A DNA stretch of 64,000 bases from a virus (lineage: Duplodnaviria > Caudoviricetes). The notes below the pieces were generated by a model. It did no database searches. It saw only the letters and a program-made list of their open reading frames with translations, and was not told where the DNA came from. The stretch spans positions 40,345 through 104,344 of IMG/VR virus record IMGVR_UViG_3300044694_000082. The stretch is one strand, 5' to 3'. Made by a program: the position numbers and the translations under genes. Below, in pieces: positions 23,974 to 31,870 of this stretch; within the stretch, counting starts at the first letter, position 1, and every line of letters starts with the position of its first letter.

Positions 23974-25107
23974 TCACTTCGTCAGGACCATCACCGAGGA
24001 GTGCAGGTACAGGTGCCGGTTGAGGGACGTCGATTGAACGTAGATCGTGTAGTCCTTGTTGAAGTCCGGCTTGACGGTGCGGTCTTCTTCGGGCAGGCCG
24101 AGCATCTGGCGCACGCCGTCGCCGAGGTAGACCTTGCTGGTCTTCTTGTCGAGGATGGCGAGTTCCTTGTTGCCGCGGATCCGTTCGGTCTTGACCAGCT
24201 CGTAGTAGGCCTTGCCGACGTGGAACGGTGGGTGGACGCGCTGGATGAACGGCTCGATCTCCATGTAGGCGACCATGGGCCGGTTGTCGGGCCTGCCCGC
24301 GGCGGGCTTCTTGCCTTCCGGCTTCTCCTGGACGAGGCCCTGGATGGGGGTGACGGGGACGATGGCGTACGCGTCCTTCGCCAGAGGCGTCAGCCGGGCC
24401 TGCTTGATCGTCGCGGCGCTGACCTGGCCGCCGACGGCGAATGCGCTGCGGGTGCCGCGGACGCCGGTGGCCGCGCGGGTGGCGACGTAGGAGGTGTACG
24501 AGGTCTTGATCTTCTCGACGGCCTGCTCCAGACCGGCTTCCGTGGAAGCGTCCCACAGGGCGACGTTGTCCCTGGCGAAGCCGAAGCCGTACAGCTCCTT
24601 GGCCGACCGGGAATCCGGCGCCAGCCCCAGCATGGTGCGATTGTCGGGCAGCTGCGCGAACCGCTTCTGCATCTCCTCCTGCAGCACCTCGACAGGGATG
24701 CTGCCGAAACCCGGGTGCCGTCCGCCCCGCAGGCGGCTCGCGTTCTCGAAGCCGTCGGTGAGCAGGTAGTACGTCCAGTCGTGGGTGCCGTACTTCTCTG
24801 GCACCATCTCGGTGTCGTCGAGGGAGGTGTGGACGGCGTCCGCCATGGCCGTCATGCCCTTGATCTTGTACAGGCCCTTGACGCTGGGGAGCCGGAAGAC
24901 GTCCATGTCCCAGACGTGGCATTCGACGTCGTCGGAGAAGGAGTAGACCGAGATCCGGGTCTCCTCGTTGTCCTCTCGGGACTTCTTCGCCAGGAACGCC
25001 ACCAGATCATCGGTGACCTTCACGACCTTCTGCTGCAGGTGGCCCATCGAGCCGGAGGCATCCAGCAGGAGAACGACATGGTTGATGTAGTTCTGTTTCG
25101 TCGACAC
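23974..25107 (-). CDS. von Willebrand factor A domain protein
   Basis: MIDAS DASGS, T (GMTAM) and LTDGFENAS; SAS before GTG. Confidence 0.9.
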   Translation of the reverse strand: MSTKQNYINHVVLLLDASGSMGHLQQKVVKVTDDLVAFLAKKSREDNEETRISVYSFSDDVECHVWDMDVFRLPSVKGLYKIKGMTAMADAVHTSLDDTEMVPEKYGTHDWTYYLLTDGFENASRLRGGRHPGFGSIPVEVLQEEMQKRFAQLPDNRTMLGLAPDSRSAKELYGFGFARDNVALWDASTEAGLEQAVEKIKTSYTSYVATRAATGVRGTRSAFAVGGQVSAATIKQARLTPLAKDAYAIVPVTPIQGLVQEKPEGKKPAAGRPDNRPMVAYMEIEPFIQRVHPPFHVGKAYYELVKTERIRGNKELAILDKKTSKVYLGDGVRQMLGLPEEDRTVKPDFNKDYTIYVQSTSLNRHLYLHSSVMVLTK

Positions 25108-25193
25108 GGTGTCGTGCCTTCCTTGTCGGTGATGCAAGTGGTGCGGTGGCCGGATCCTATGCCCGACCGGGTTGACGCGGCACTAGGGCGCGC

Positions 25194-25403
25194 TCAGTTC
25201 CTCGGCAGGATCGGGGTGATGATGTCCTGGGCGATGCACCATCCGCAGGACCCGCACACGCAGCCCGGCGCGTAGCCCTGGTTGAGCACGATCTGCTGCT
25301 GGTACTCGGTGATCAGGCGGGCGTGCAGATCGAGGTAGCTCTTGAACCAGCCCCGCTCTTCGGGGTCGAGGTCGTCGAGGACTTGCTGGGTGGGGTGTTT
25401 CAT
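25194..25403 (-). CDS. Hypothetical protein
   Basis: ATGA coupling. Confidence 0.55.
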   Translation of the reverse strand: MKHPTQQVLDDLDPEERGWFKSYLDLHARLITEYQQQIVLNQGYAPGCVCGSCGWCIAQDIITPILPRN

Positions 25404-25699
25404 GTGATCTCTTCTCTCACGTCGGCGGCGAGGGCGACGGCCGCGGGGCCGACCTCGTCGGGGAACATGTCGGCCAGGGCGATGACGCGCTGGCAGAAGT
25501 CGTTCTCGTTCAGCTGGTAGATCCGCGGGCGCGGCCCCCAGGTGGCGAACAGGGTGAAGGTGATCCAGTAGCAGCCATAGCCGACGCTCCAGTCCACCTC
25601 CCAGTCGGGGCCGATGATCCCGGCCGCCTGCCACTCCCGCATCACCTCGACGTAGCCCTGCCGGACGGTCTCGTCGCCACCGGGGATGACGCCAGTCAT
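25400..25699 (-). CDS. Hypothetical protein
   Basis: Coupled ORF. Confidence 0.6.
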   Translation of the reverse strand: MTGVIPGGDETVRQGYVEVMREWQAAGIIGPDWEVDWSVGYGCYWITFTLFATWGPRPRIYQLNENDFCQRVIALADMFPDEVGPAAVALAADVREEIT

Positions 25700-26121
25700 C
25701 AGTCCTCGCTGGGGATGGTGAACCAGCCGGGTCCCTCGACGATGTCCAGCCCCAGCCGGTCCGCGGTGTCCCGCAGGTCGTCGTTCCAGCGGTCGCGCTC
25801 GAACTTGCTGGCGTTGGGCTTCTCGCCGGAGTGGAAGACGTACTCACCCGGCACGACGCGGCTGCAGCTGATCGCGAGGAATGGCATGTGCTTGCCGTAG
25901 GCACCGGCGCGGAAGATGCCGGGTGAGCCGTTGTTGAGGCAGTGCCCCGGGTCTTCCTCCAGGGCGTCGATGTTGTGCAGGGTGTCGTCGGCGAGACGTA
26001 CGCCGTAGATCGTGTAGACGATGGTCTCGATCAGCCTCCCCCCGAAGACGGCGTTCTCGGTCATCCGGGCGTTCCGGTAGCGCTCGTACGCGGTGATGTC
26101 GCTGGTCTCTTCGTGGCTCAT
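25699..26121 (-). CDS. Hypothetical protein
   Basis: Coupled ORF. Confidence 0.65.
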   Translation of the reverse strand: MSHEETSDITAYERYRNARMTENAVFGGRLIETIVYTIYGVRLADDTLHNIDALEEDPGHCLNNGSPGIFRAGAYGKHMPFLAISCSRVVPGEYVFHSGEKPNASKFERDRWNDDLRDTADRLGLDIVEGPGWFTIPSED

Positions 26122-26291
26122 TAGGAGAACTCCACTCCGCTGTGGGGTGTCTGCTTCAGGTCGCGGATCATCTTGACCAGGTCATCCACGTCGGACATGA
26201 CGCGGCGTGCGTCGCTGGCCGGAATGAACTCCTCGACGATCTCAGCGATGGAGTTGCGCAGCTGCTGTACACGATCCTGCTTTGCCGTCAC
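26121..26291 (-). CDS. Small helical hypothetical protein
   Basis: GTGA coupling. Confidence 0.55.
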   Translation of the reverse strand: MTAKQDRVQQLRNSIAEIVEEFIPASDARRVMSDVDDLVKMIRDLKQTPHSGVEFS

Positions 26292-26524
26292 GCCAGCTCC
26301 CAGTCGTCGGCGAGGAGGTAAGGATCGAGCATGACGAACGGGCTGATCTTGCCGTCGCTGCGCATGGCCATGATGGACGGCATCCACCCGTCGCGGTCCT
26401 CGTAGTAGAGGTAGATCCAGGTGGCGAGGTCGATCTCCTCGCAGAAGTCGGTCAGCTGCGGCCAGCCCGCCCGCCGCACCCTCTCACCGTTCTTCATCGC
26501 CTTGATGGCCCAGCCGATGTCCAC
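26288..26524 (-). CDS. DUF2829 / Tad2-like protein (candidate immune-signal sponge)
   Basis: IGWAIKAMKNGERVRRAGW...LLADDW signature. Confidence 0.8.
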   Translation of the reverse strand: MDIGWAIKAMKNGERVRRAGWPQLTDFCEEIDLATWIYLYYEDRDGWMPSIMAMRSDGKISPFVMLDPYLLADDWELA

Positions 26525-26525
26525 G

Positions 26526-26795
26526 TCAGTGCTCCGGGATGATGACGTCGGAGTCGTCGAAGATCCGCACGACCAGGACGACGAGCTGTCCGGCGTGGAC
26601 GCTGTACTCGATCAGGATGCGGGAGGTCAGCCGGACCTCCCGCCAGTCGCCGCCGAGCGGGTGGGAGACCTCGGTGAAGGGGTCCTCACACAGGGCCTGG
26701 ATCCCCTTCTCGAAGATCTGACGGCGCTCCGGGGGCAGAGCGTCCCGCTTGGCCGCGGCCTGCTCGGTGTACATGACGGTGTAGGTGGTGTTCAC
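26526..26795 (-). CDS. RelE/ParE-superfamily protein
   Basis: YTVMYTEQA...L...R...I..L..DP...REVRL...IEY...VLVVRI pattern. Confidence 0.7.
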   Translation of the reverse strand: MNTTYTVMYTEQAAAKRDALPPERRQIFEKGIQALCEDPFTEVSHPLGGDWREVRLTSRILIEYSVHAGQLVVLVVRIFDDSDVIIPEH

Positions 26796-27007
26796 GCTGG
26801 CCCTTCCTCGGGTGCCACTTCCATGGACAGAATGCTATTGACCGACAGCAGGGCACCCTGGTCGTCCGTCTTGAACAGGGTGACCTTCATCGTGCGCCAC
26901 TCCGGGTCGTCGATCTCGAAGTGCTCGGTGACGTCGGCGCCGTCAGGGAATCCCATGATGAAGTCGTAGAACTCCTGCGGCACGAGCCACGGTTTCTGCT
27001 CGCTCAA
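26792..27007 (-). CDS. Acidic hypothetical protein
   Basis: TTG coupled to upstream stop. Confidence 0.55.
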   Translation of the reverse strand: MSEQKPWLVPQEFYDFIMGFPDGADVTEHFEIDDPEWRTMKVTLFKTDDQGALLSVNSILSMEVAPEEGPA

Positions 27008-27195
27008 AACAGCTTCTCCTGGTCTCCGCAGTATCCTGGCTCCCCGGGCTGCGGCTGGTGCAGTGCCCACGATCCGCTGCAGCTGCGCAGCTCGGGGTCC
27101 CGCTTGGGGGGATCGTGCCGCCAGATCCGCCCGGCGCGGGGTGCGATGGCGGTGTCTCGTTTGCAGACGGGGCAGTTGGTCCTCGGGTAGCTCAT
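27004..27195 (-). CDS. Small Zn-ribbon protein
   Basis: CPVC...RH...C. Confidence 0.65.
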   Translation of the reverse strand: MSYPRTNCPVCKRDTAIAPRAGRIWRHDPPKRDPELRSCSGSWALHQPQPGEPGYCGDQEKLF

Positions 27196-27446
27196 GGCTG
27201 CAGGTTCTGGACGATGTCCTGGGCCGCGGCGTGCATGACGTCGGCCGGAACGAACACGGCCTGCTCGTCGTCGCCGATGCTGGCTCCGTGCTCGGCGAGT
27301 TCCTGGGCCGTGACGCGAGGAGCACGGGGCGTCTTGCCGATGACGAGGTAGCCCCCGCTGGACAGTTCGAGGACGTCTGGGCAGGTCTGGCCGGTCGTGC
27401 TGCCCCGCTCGGCCGGGGAGACCCCTACACGGCGAATAATGGTCAC
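27192..27446 (-). CDS. Small actinobacterial-type hypothetical protein
   Basis: TCPDVLELSSGGYLVIG...DEQAVFVP. Confidence 0.65.
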   Translation of the reverse strand: MTIIRRVGVSPAERGSTTGQTCPDVLELSSGGYLVIGKTPRAPRVTAQELAEHGASIGDDEQAVFVPADVMHAAAQDIVQNLQP

Positions 27447-27862
27447 GTTGACTCCGTTTCCTGGTGGCAATTGCAGGCGCACAGCACGCCGGTGAACTTG
27501 TTGTTCAGGCGGCACCGGTCGTGCATCTTCTTCTTCCACGACGACAGTTCGTCCACGTGGTCGGGGTGGCGGACGGCCGCCGACTGCAGCGCTCTGGCCG
27601 TCTCGCACGCGGTGGAGAAGTAGGGCCGCGGCACGATCATGCCGAGGATGTGGTCGGGGAGCTGTTCCTCGGTGCTGCCGGGCGGCGGCGGATGCTCGGT
27701 GTCGGCGATCTTGATGACCACTTCGGCAGTGCGTTTCCATCCCACCCAGTTCGGGTGGCTGGCGTCCGGGAGCGGGTATTTGTGGTCGTCACCGAACACA
27801 TAGTTGAAGTCGTCGTGAGCGATGGCAGTGGCGTACCGCATGAGTCTCTGTTCGCTGATCAT
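27443..27862 (-). CDS. Hypothetical protein with C-terminal Cys cluster
   Basis: Coupled ORF; STAC...C...CACNCH. Confidence 0.6.
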   Translation of the reverse strand: MISEQRLMRYATAIAHDDFNYVFGDDHKYPLPDASHPNWVGWKRTAEVVIKIADTEHPPPPGSTEEQLPDHILGMIVPRPYFSTACETARALQSAAVRHPDHVDELSSWKKKMHDRCRLNNKFTGVLCACNCHQETEST

Positions 27863-28047
27863 CAGGTGTTCTCCACGATGAGGTAGATGCCGCCGATCAC
27901 TCCCCAGACGGCGATGGCCATGATGGTGAGCCCGGCGGCGAGGGTCCGGCCGATCGGATCGCTGAGGATCCCGTTGATCCAGATGGCGGCCACGATGACG
28001 ATGAGGAGAGCGAGGATACCCACGCCGGTCCATGCGACGATCTCCAT
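27862..28047 (-). CDS. Small two-TM membrane protein
   Basis: Two hydrophobic stretches. Confidence 0.65.
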   Translation of the reverse strand: MEIVAWTGVGILALLIVIVAAIWINGILSDPIGRTLAAGLTIMAIAVWGVIGGIYLIVENT

Positions 28048-28439
28048 CAGTCCTCTTCCTGGTGCAGGACGCCGTAGGTGTAGGTGCAGTCCGGGTTGGC
28101 GGCGAGACGCGCCATCGCCACGCCGCAGAAGCTGACGGGCACCCACTTTCCCGCCTTGGGCTCCGAGCAGGTGTCGCAGACCTCGGCGGGGACCGTGTGC
28201 CGGTGCTGCCAGCGCACGTACATGGGCCAGTGACGTTCCGAGGGTTCGAATGCGCACCGGTCGAGGGGTGCACCACAGTCTTCGCAGCGCATGTGGGCCG
28301 TGTCGCAGGGGGCGGCGCAGATGCTGCGGTCGAAGGAACTGCCACCCTGATGCGGGCAGTTGACGGGGATATGGACCTCTTCGAGGTTGCATGCCACGTA
28401 GTTCAGCAAGCCGTCGAGGCCCGGGGGGCGTTCGGTCAT
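28047..28439 (-). CDS. Cys-rich hypothetical protein
   Basis: SAS RBS. Confidence 0.65.
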   Translation of the reverse strand: MTERPPGLDGLLNYVACNLEEVHIPVNCPHQGGSSFDRSICAAPCDTAHMRCEDCGAPLDRCAFEPSERHWPMYVRWQHRHTVPAEVCDTCSEPKAGKWVPVSFCGVAMARLAANPDCTYTYGVLHQEED

Positions 28440-28861
28440 GACTCTTCCTTGTCGGGTAGTGCGAGCAGGACGCGCCTGCGGTTCACGGAGCGGATCACGC
28501 CGCGTCCTTCGAGCCGTGCCAAAGCATTGCGCAGAGTGGGGCGTGTGGTGCCGAGTTCGGCGCACAGCGCATGCTCGGAGGGGATCTGGTCTCCCGGCTT
28601 GAAGCGGCCGGAGCCCAGCAGTTCCCCCAGCCGTACATCGAGGGGACGGCGGTCTCCTGAGCCGGTGACGAACCAGCCGCTGCCCTGGACGGGCTCGATG
28701 ATGCCGTCGGCCCGCAGCAGACTCAGTCCGGCCCGCACGGTCTGACGGCTCACCGCGTAGCGTTCGGCCAGTTCGGGCTCGACGGGCAGCTGATCGGTGA
28801 TCTCCCCGCGCTCGATCGCCCCGCGGATGTCGTCGTAGACGCGGCGGTAGACCGGTGTCAC
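28436..28861 (-). CDS. Tandem GntR-type winged-HTH regulator
   Basis: LPVEPELAERYAVSRQTVR and IPSEHALCAELGTTRPTLR. Confidence 0.9.
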   Translation of the reverse strand: MTPVYRRVYDDIRGAIERGEITDQLPVEPELAERYAVSRQTVRAGLSLLRADGIIEPVQGSGWFVTGSGDRRPLDVRLGELLGSGRFKPGDQIPSEHALCAELGTTRPTLRNALARLEGRGVIRSVNRRRVLLALPDKEES

Positions 28862-29020
28862 AACTCTCTCCCTACCTGTAAGACACGTATGGATATCTTG
28901 GCGGACTCCAGCGGTACCGTCAATGCTGAGCAAGTGATGTGCGTCACACCCTATTTGTGTCTTGTAATGCCTCAGTACACTGGAAGCGTCAGCTCCATCA
29001 TGGAGTCATGACCCACGCCG

Positions 29021-29056
29021 AAAAGCCCCACAGGACGCCGACTCCTGTGGGGCTTT
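29021..29056. terminator. Bidirectional terminator hairpin
   Basis: AAAGCCCCACAGGA-7nt-TCCTGTGGGGCTTT. Confidence 0.75.
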
Positions 29057-29068
29057 CGTCGTTGCTGT

Positions 29069-29374
29069 TCAGCTGTCGTAGGTGAGCAGGTCGCCGGGCT
29101 GGCACTGCAGCTCCCGGCAGATCGCCGCCAGCGTCGTCAGCCGGATGAAGGTGACGTCGCTGTTCTTCAGGCGGGAGAGATCCTTCGCCCGGATGCCGAT
29201 GGCGTCCGCGAGGGCCACGTTGGTGACGTTGTGCCGGGCCATCAGTTCCGCGAGGTGGATACGGATGGGCGGCGCTGTCGTGCCTGGCTCCCCCTCGTCG
29301 AACGCCTTCTTGATCTTTTCGGGGGCTTCGTCCTCTTCGTAGAAGTCCCGGGCTCGCTGCCGGTCCATCGTCAT
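29069..29374 (-). CDS. XRE/HTH_26 (YozG-like) regulator
   Basis: LADAIGI...LSRLKN...IRLTTLAAICRELQCQPGDLL. Confidence 0.9.
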   Translation of the reverse strand: MTMDRQRARDFYEEDEAPEKIKKAFDEGEPGTTAPPIRIHLAELMARHNVTNVALADAIGIRAKDLSRLKNSDVTFIRLTTLAAICRELQCQPGDLLTYDS

Positions 29375-29910
29375 ACGCCCTTCTCCAGCTCCTCGTAGGC
29401 GTGACGGGCCTTGTGGTGGATACGCCCCATGGTGGACACGATGGCGGACCCCAGGAGACCGATCAGGATGGCGGAGTTCATGCCCGTGTCGATGCTGTGC
29501 CGGTAGGCGTGCCACATGTGGTGACCGAGAGCGATGGGTGCCACCATGGACAGCAAGAGGGCGGTGAAACCGCTGCCCACCAGCCACTTCCCGGCCTTCG
29601 TCAGAACACGTCCGTCCTTGGGCGTGATGGGGTGCGCACGGTTGGCCGCCACGTTGACCTCGATGCGCCACAGCGCGTAGCTGGTGTACGCCAGGGCGGC
29701 GCCGATGATCGCTGTGGGCGCCACCGTGGCGACGAGCGCCTGCCAGGGCATGGACACGCCGGTGGCTGTCAGCGTGTATCCCGCGGGCATCAGCGGCATC
29801 ATCCACAGGAACACGTGCTCCATGCGCTTCTCCCTAAACCACCGCTTGCTGCCCACGGGCGCGGGCTCATCGGTGAACCACTGACGCTTGGTCGCCGGAC
29901 TTCCTGACAT
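29371..29910 (-). CDS. Multi-TM membrane protein (DUF2975-like)
   Basis: About 4 TM segments; C-terminal KARHAYEELEKGV; coupled to the YozG-like HTH gene. Confidence 0.65.
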   Translation of the reverse strand: MSGSPATKRQWFTDEPAPVGSKRWFREKRMEHVFLWMMPLMPAGYTLTATGVSMPWQALVATVAPTAIIGAALAYTSYALWRIEVNVAANRAHPITPKDGRVLTKAGKWLVGSGFTALLLSMVAPIALGHHMWHAYRHSIDTGMNSAILIGLLGSAIVSTMGRIHHKARHAYEELEKGV

Positions 29911-29955
29911 AGCTGTCCCCTCAACTTCCTTGTCGTGCGGTGCTGATGCATCCAC

Positions 29956-30007
29956 AGTACCCCATCGCATGGGGTACTCACACCATTTCTTGGGTTACCC
30001 ACACCAT
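29956..30007. promoter_or_regulatory. Operator-like repeats at the leftward/rightward divergence point
   Basis: AGTACCCCAT-CGC-ATGGGGTACT inverted repeat plus 17-bp direct repeats 21 bp apart. Confidence 0.65.
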
Positions 30008-30037
30008 CTGTGGACTTCCTCGGCAGGAGACCACCCC

Positions 30038-30658
30038 ATGAGCGACGAGCTGTCCTTCGGCGAGCGCCCCCTCATCACCGACGAGGACGACGATTTCCTT
30101 CCCGCCGAGAGGCCCGACGGCTACCCCGCCTACCACAACTACAAGCGGGACAGGGAAGCGGTCCGCCTCAAGGCCATGGGCTACGCGCCCGAGGAGATCG
30201 CCGAGAAGCTCGGCCTCACCAGCGACCGCGCCGGAGGCCCCGACCCCCAGCGCGCCATCGCCGCCATCAAACGCGGCACCGCACTCCTGCACACCGTCGC
30301 CACCGACGAGAAACGCCTCGAACAGCTCCAGGCCTACGAGATGATGAAGCGGCACATCTGGGAGTCCATCGACAAGGAACACGTCCTCGTCCAGCAGGGC
30401 AAGGTCGTCTTCCAGGACGGCGTCCCCGTCGAGGACCGCCGCTTCGCCCTCGAAGCCTTCGACCGGCTCAACCGGATCGAGGAATCGATCTCCAAGCTGC
30501 TCGGCACCCACGCCGCCCAGCGCTTCTCCGTCGAGGCCGACCAGCTCGGCTCGGAGATCAGCGAACTCATCGCCATGATCAACAACACCGACACCATCAC
30601 CGCGACCACCGAACGCCTCGACCGCCCGGCCCTCGAAGCAGGAGACGGCGATGCTTGA
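30038..30658 (+). CDS. Terminase small subunit-like HTH protein
   Basis: AVRLKAMGYAPEEIAEKLG HTH; C-terminal DRLNRIEESISKLLG pattern; first rightward gene. Confidence 0.6.
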   Translation: MSDELSFGERPLITDEDDDFLPAERPDGYPAYHNYKRDREAVRLKAMGYAPEEIAEKLGLTSDRAGGPDPQRAIAAIKRGTALLHTVATDEKRLEQLQAYEMMKRHIWESIDKEHVLVQQGKVVFQDGVPVEDRRFALEAFDRLNRIEESISKLLGTHAAQRFSVEADQLGSEISELIAMINNTDTITATTERLDRPALEAGDGDA

Positions 30659-30896
30659 GTTCGGCCGTCTCGCAGTGATCTCCGAGGGCCTGATGGACAT
30701 GATCCGCGACCTCGAAGCCCGCTCCAAGAACCGGATCGACCGCGGAGAGATACCCACCTTCGAAGCAGGCTTCATGCTCGGCCTCACCGCCGCACACTCC
30801 CTCATCAAGGGACTGACCGTAGACGAGACATGGTCCGTCATCGACCGCCTCAACCAGCTCTGGCTGGACTACGAGCAGGAAGCAGGACGAGCATGA
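30651..30896 (+). CDS. Hypothetical protein
   Basis: AGGAG RBS, overlap with upstream gene. Confidence 0.6.
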   Translation: MLEFGRLAVISEGLMDMIRDLEARSKNRIDRGEIPTFEAGFMLGLTAAHSLIKGLTVDETWSVIDRLNQLWLDYEQEAGRA

Positions 30897-31183
30897 GCGA
30901 ACAGTGGATGCGTACCGTGTGGGACGCCACTGTCGACGACTGCCTCACCGGCCACGACGACTGCACCTACGGCGGTATGACACCACAGTCCGGGTACTGG
31001 CTCGCGGCCGACGGATGCACGCGTCTCCATGATGAGCGGTGCGCCTGGTGCCTGGAGGCCGCCGAGACAGGTTTCTCCGACTGGGCGCCCGACGGCTTCT
31101 CCATCTACCGCGTACCCGCCTGCATGTCCTGCGCGCTGCAGTGGACGCAGATCGACCCGCGCTGGAAGAGAGCCACCGTATGA
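30893..31183 (+). CDS. Cys-rich hypothetical protein
   Basis: ATGA coupling. Confidence 0.55.
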   Translation: MSEQWMRTVWDATVDDCLTGHDDCTYGGMTPQSGYWLAADGCTRLHDERCAWCLEAAETGFSDWAPDGFSIYRVPACMSCALQWTQIDPRWKRATV

Positions 31184-31338
31184 GCGACGAACTGCCCGAC
31201 AGCGAGTTCACCCCGCTCAACGAGAACGCCGTACGCCTCCACGAGCTGTACCTAGGCTGGATCGAAGCGGGCTTCCCCGAGGAACGCGCCTTCGACCTCG
31301 TCACCACGACCTGGCTGAACTACCTCGCGGACGACTGA
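31180..31338 (+). CDS. Small actinophage-type protein
   Basis: AVRLHELY...AGF..E.AF.L motif. Confidence 0.7.
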   Translation: MSDELPDSEFTPLNENAVRLHELYLGWIEAGFPEERAFDLVTTTWLNYLADD

Positions 31339-31339
31339 C

Positions 31340-31465
31340 ATGTCGACAAAGACACCTGAGCAGAAGCTCGCCCGGCAGATCCAGCGCGAGACCGGCGAGA
31401 AGTACATGGTCTGCCTGCGCATCGCCCGCGCCCGCATCAAGGCCGCGGGCAACTGGGTCGCCTGA
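31340..31465 (+). CDS. Small basic protein (41 aa)
   Basis: MSTKTPEQKLARQIQRETGEKY; followed by a hairpin. Confidence 0.5.
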   Translation: MSTKTPEQKLARQIQRETGEKYMVCLRIARARIKAAGNWVA

Positions 31466-31549
31466 CACACGGAAGGGCCGCCCCCACCGGTGCGCAGGGA
31501 CGGCCCTCACCTCAACGAGTTCCTCACTACTGGAACACCGCGGAGCGTA

Positions 31550-31870
31550 TCACCGCTTCCGGCGGTAGCAGGGGAGCGTCCACACGATCGAGCGGCGCGT
31601 CTTGTCCTTCTGCCGCCAACCCGCGTACATGCTGTCCCGCATCCTCTCCACCGTCGAGGAAGCGCCGGTCGGCAGGAGCGCGTAGTGCCGGTCCGGTGTC
31701 CACCCCATCCTGATGAGGCAGTCCCCGATCTCCGCCCCGGGGAACGGCTCCAGGTCAGGGTCACGGTCCCGGTACAACAGCTCGCAGATGTCGGTGCCCT
31801 TCACCCGCAGGATCCAGTCGTAGTTGTTGTTCACGCGGACGTAGGCGGTCCGCCACTCCAGCTCGCTCAC
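31550..31870 (-). CDS. Hypothetical protein coupled to the recombinase
   Basis: GTGA overlap, GGAGG RBS. Confidence 0.55.
   Translation of the reverse strand: MSELEWRTAYVRVNNNYDWILRVKGTDICELLYRDRDPDLEPFPGAEIGDCLIRMGWTPDRHYALLPTGASSTVERMRDSMYAGWRQKDKTRRSIVWTLPCYRRKR

Noticed and set aside
23966-24922. 490-aa N-terminally extended deaminase
   Set aside because: The extension is an alternative frame of the vWA gene; the real start is the GTG at 23965.
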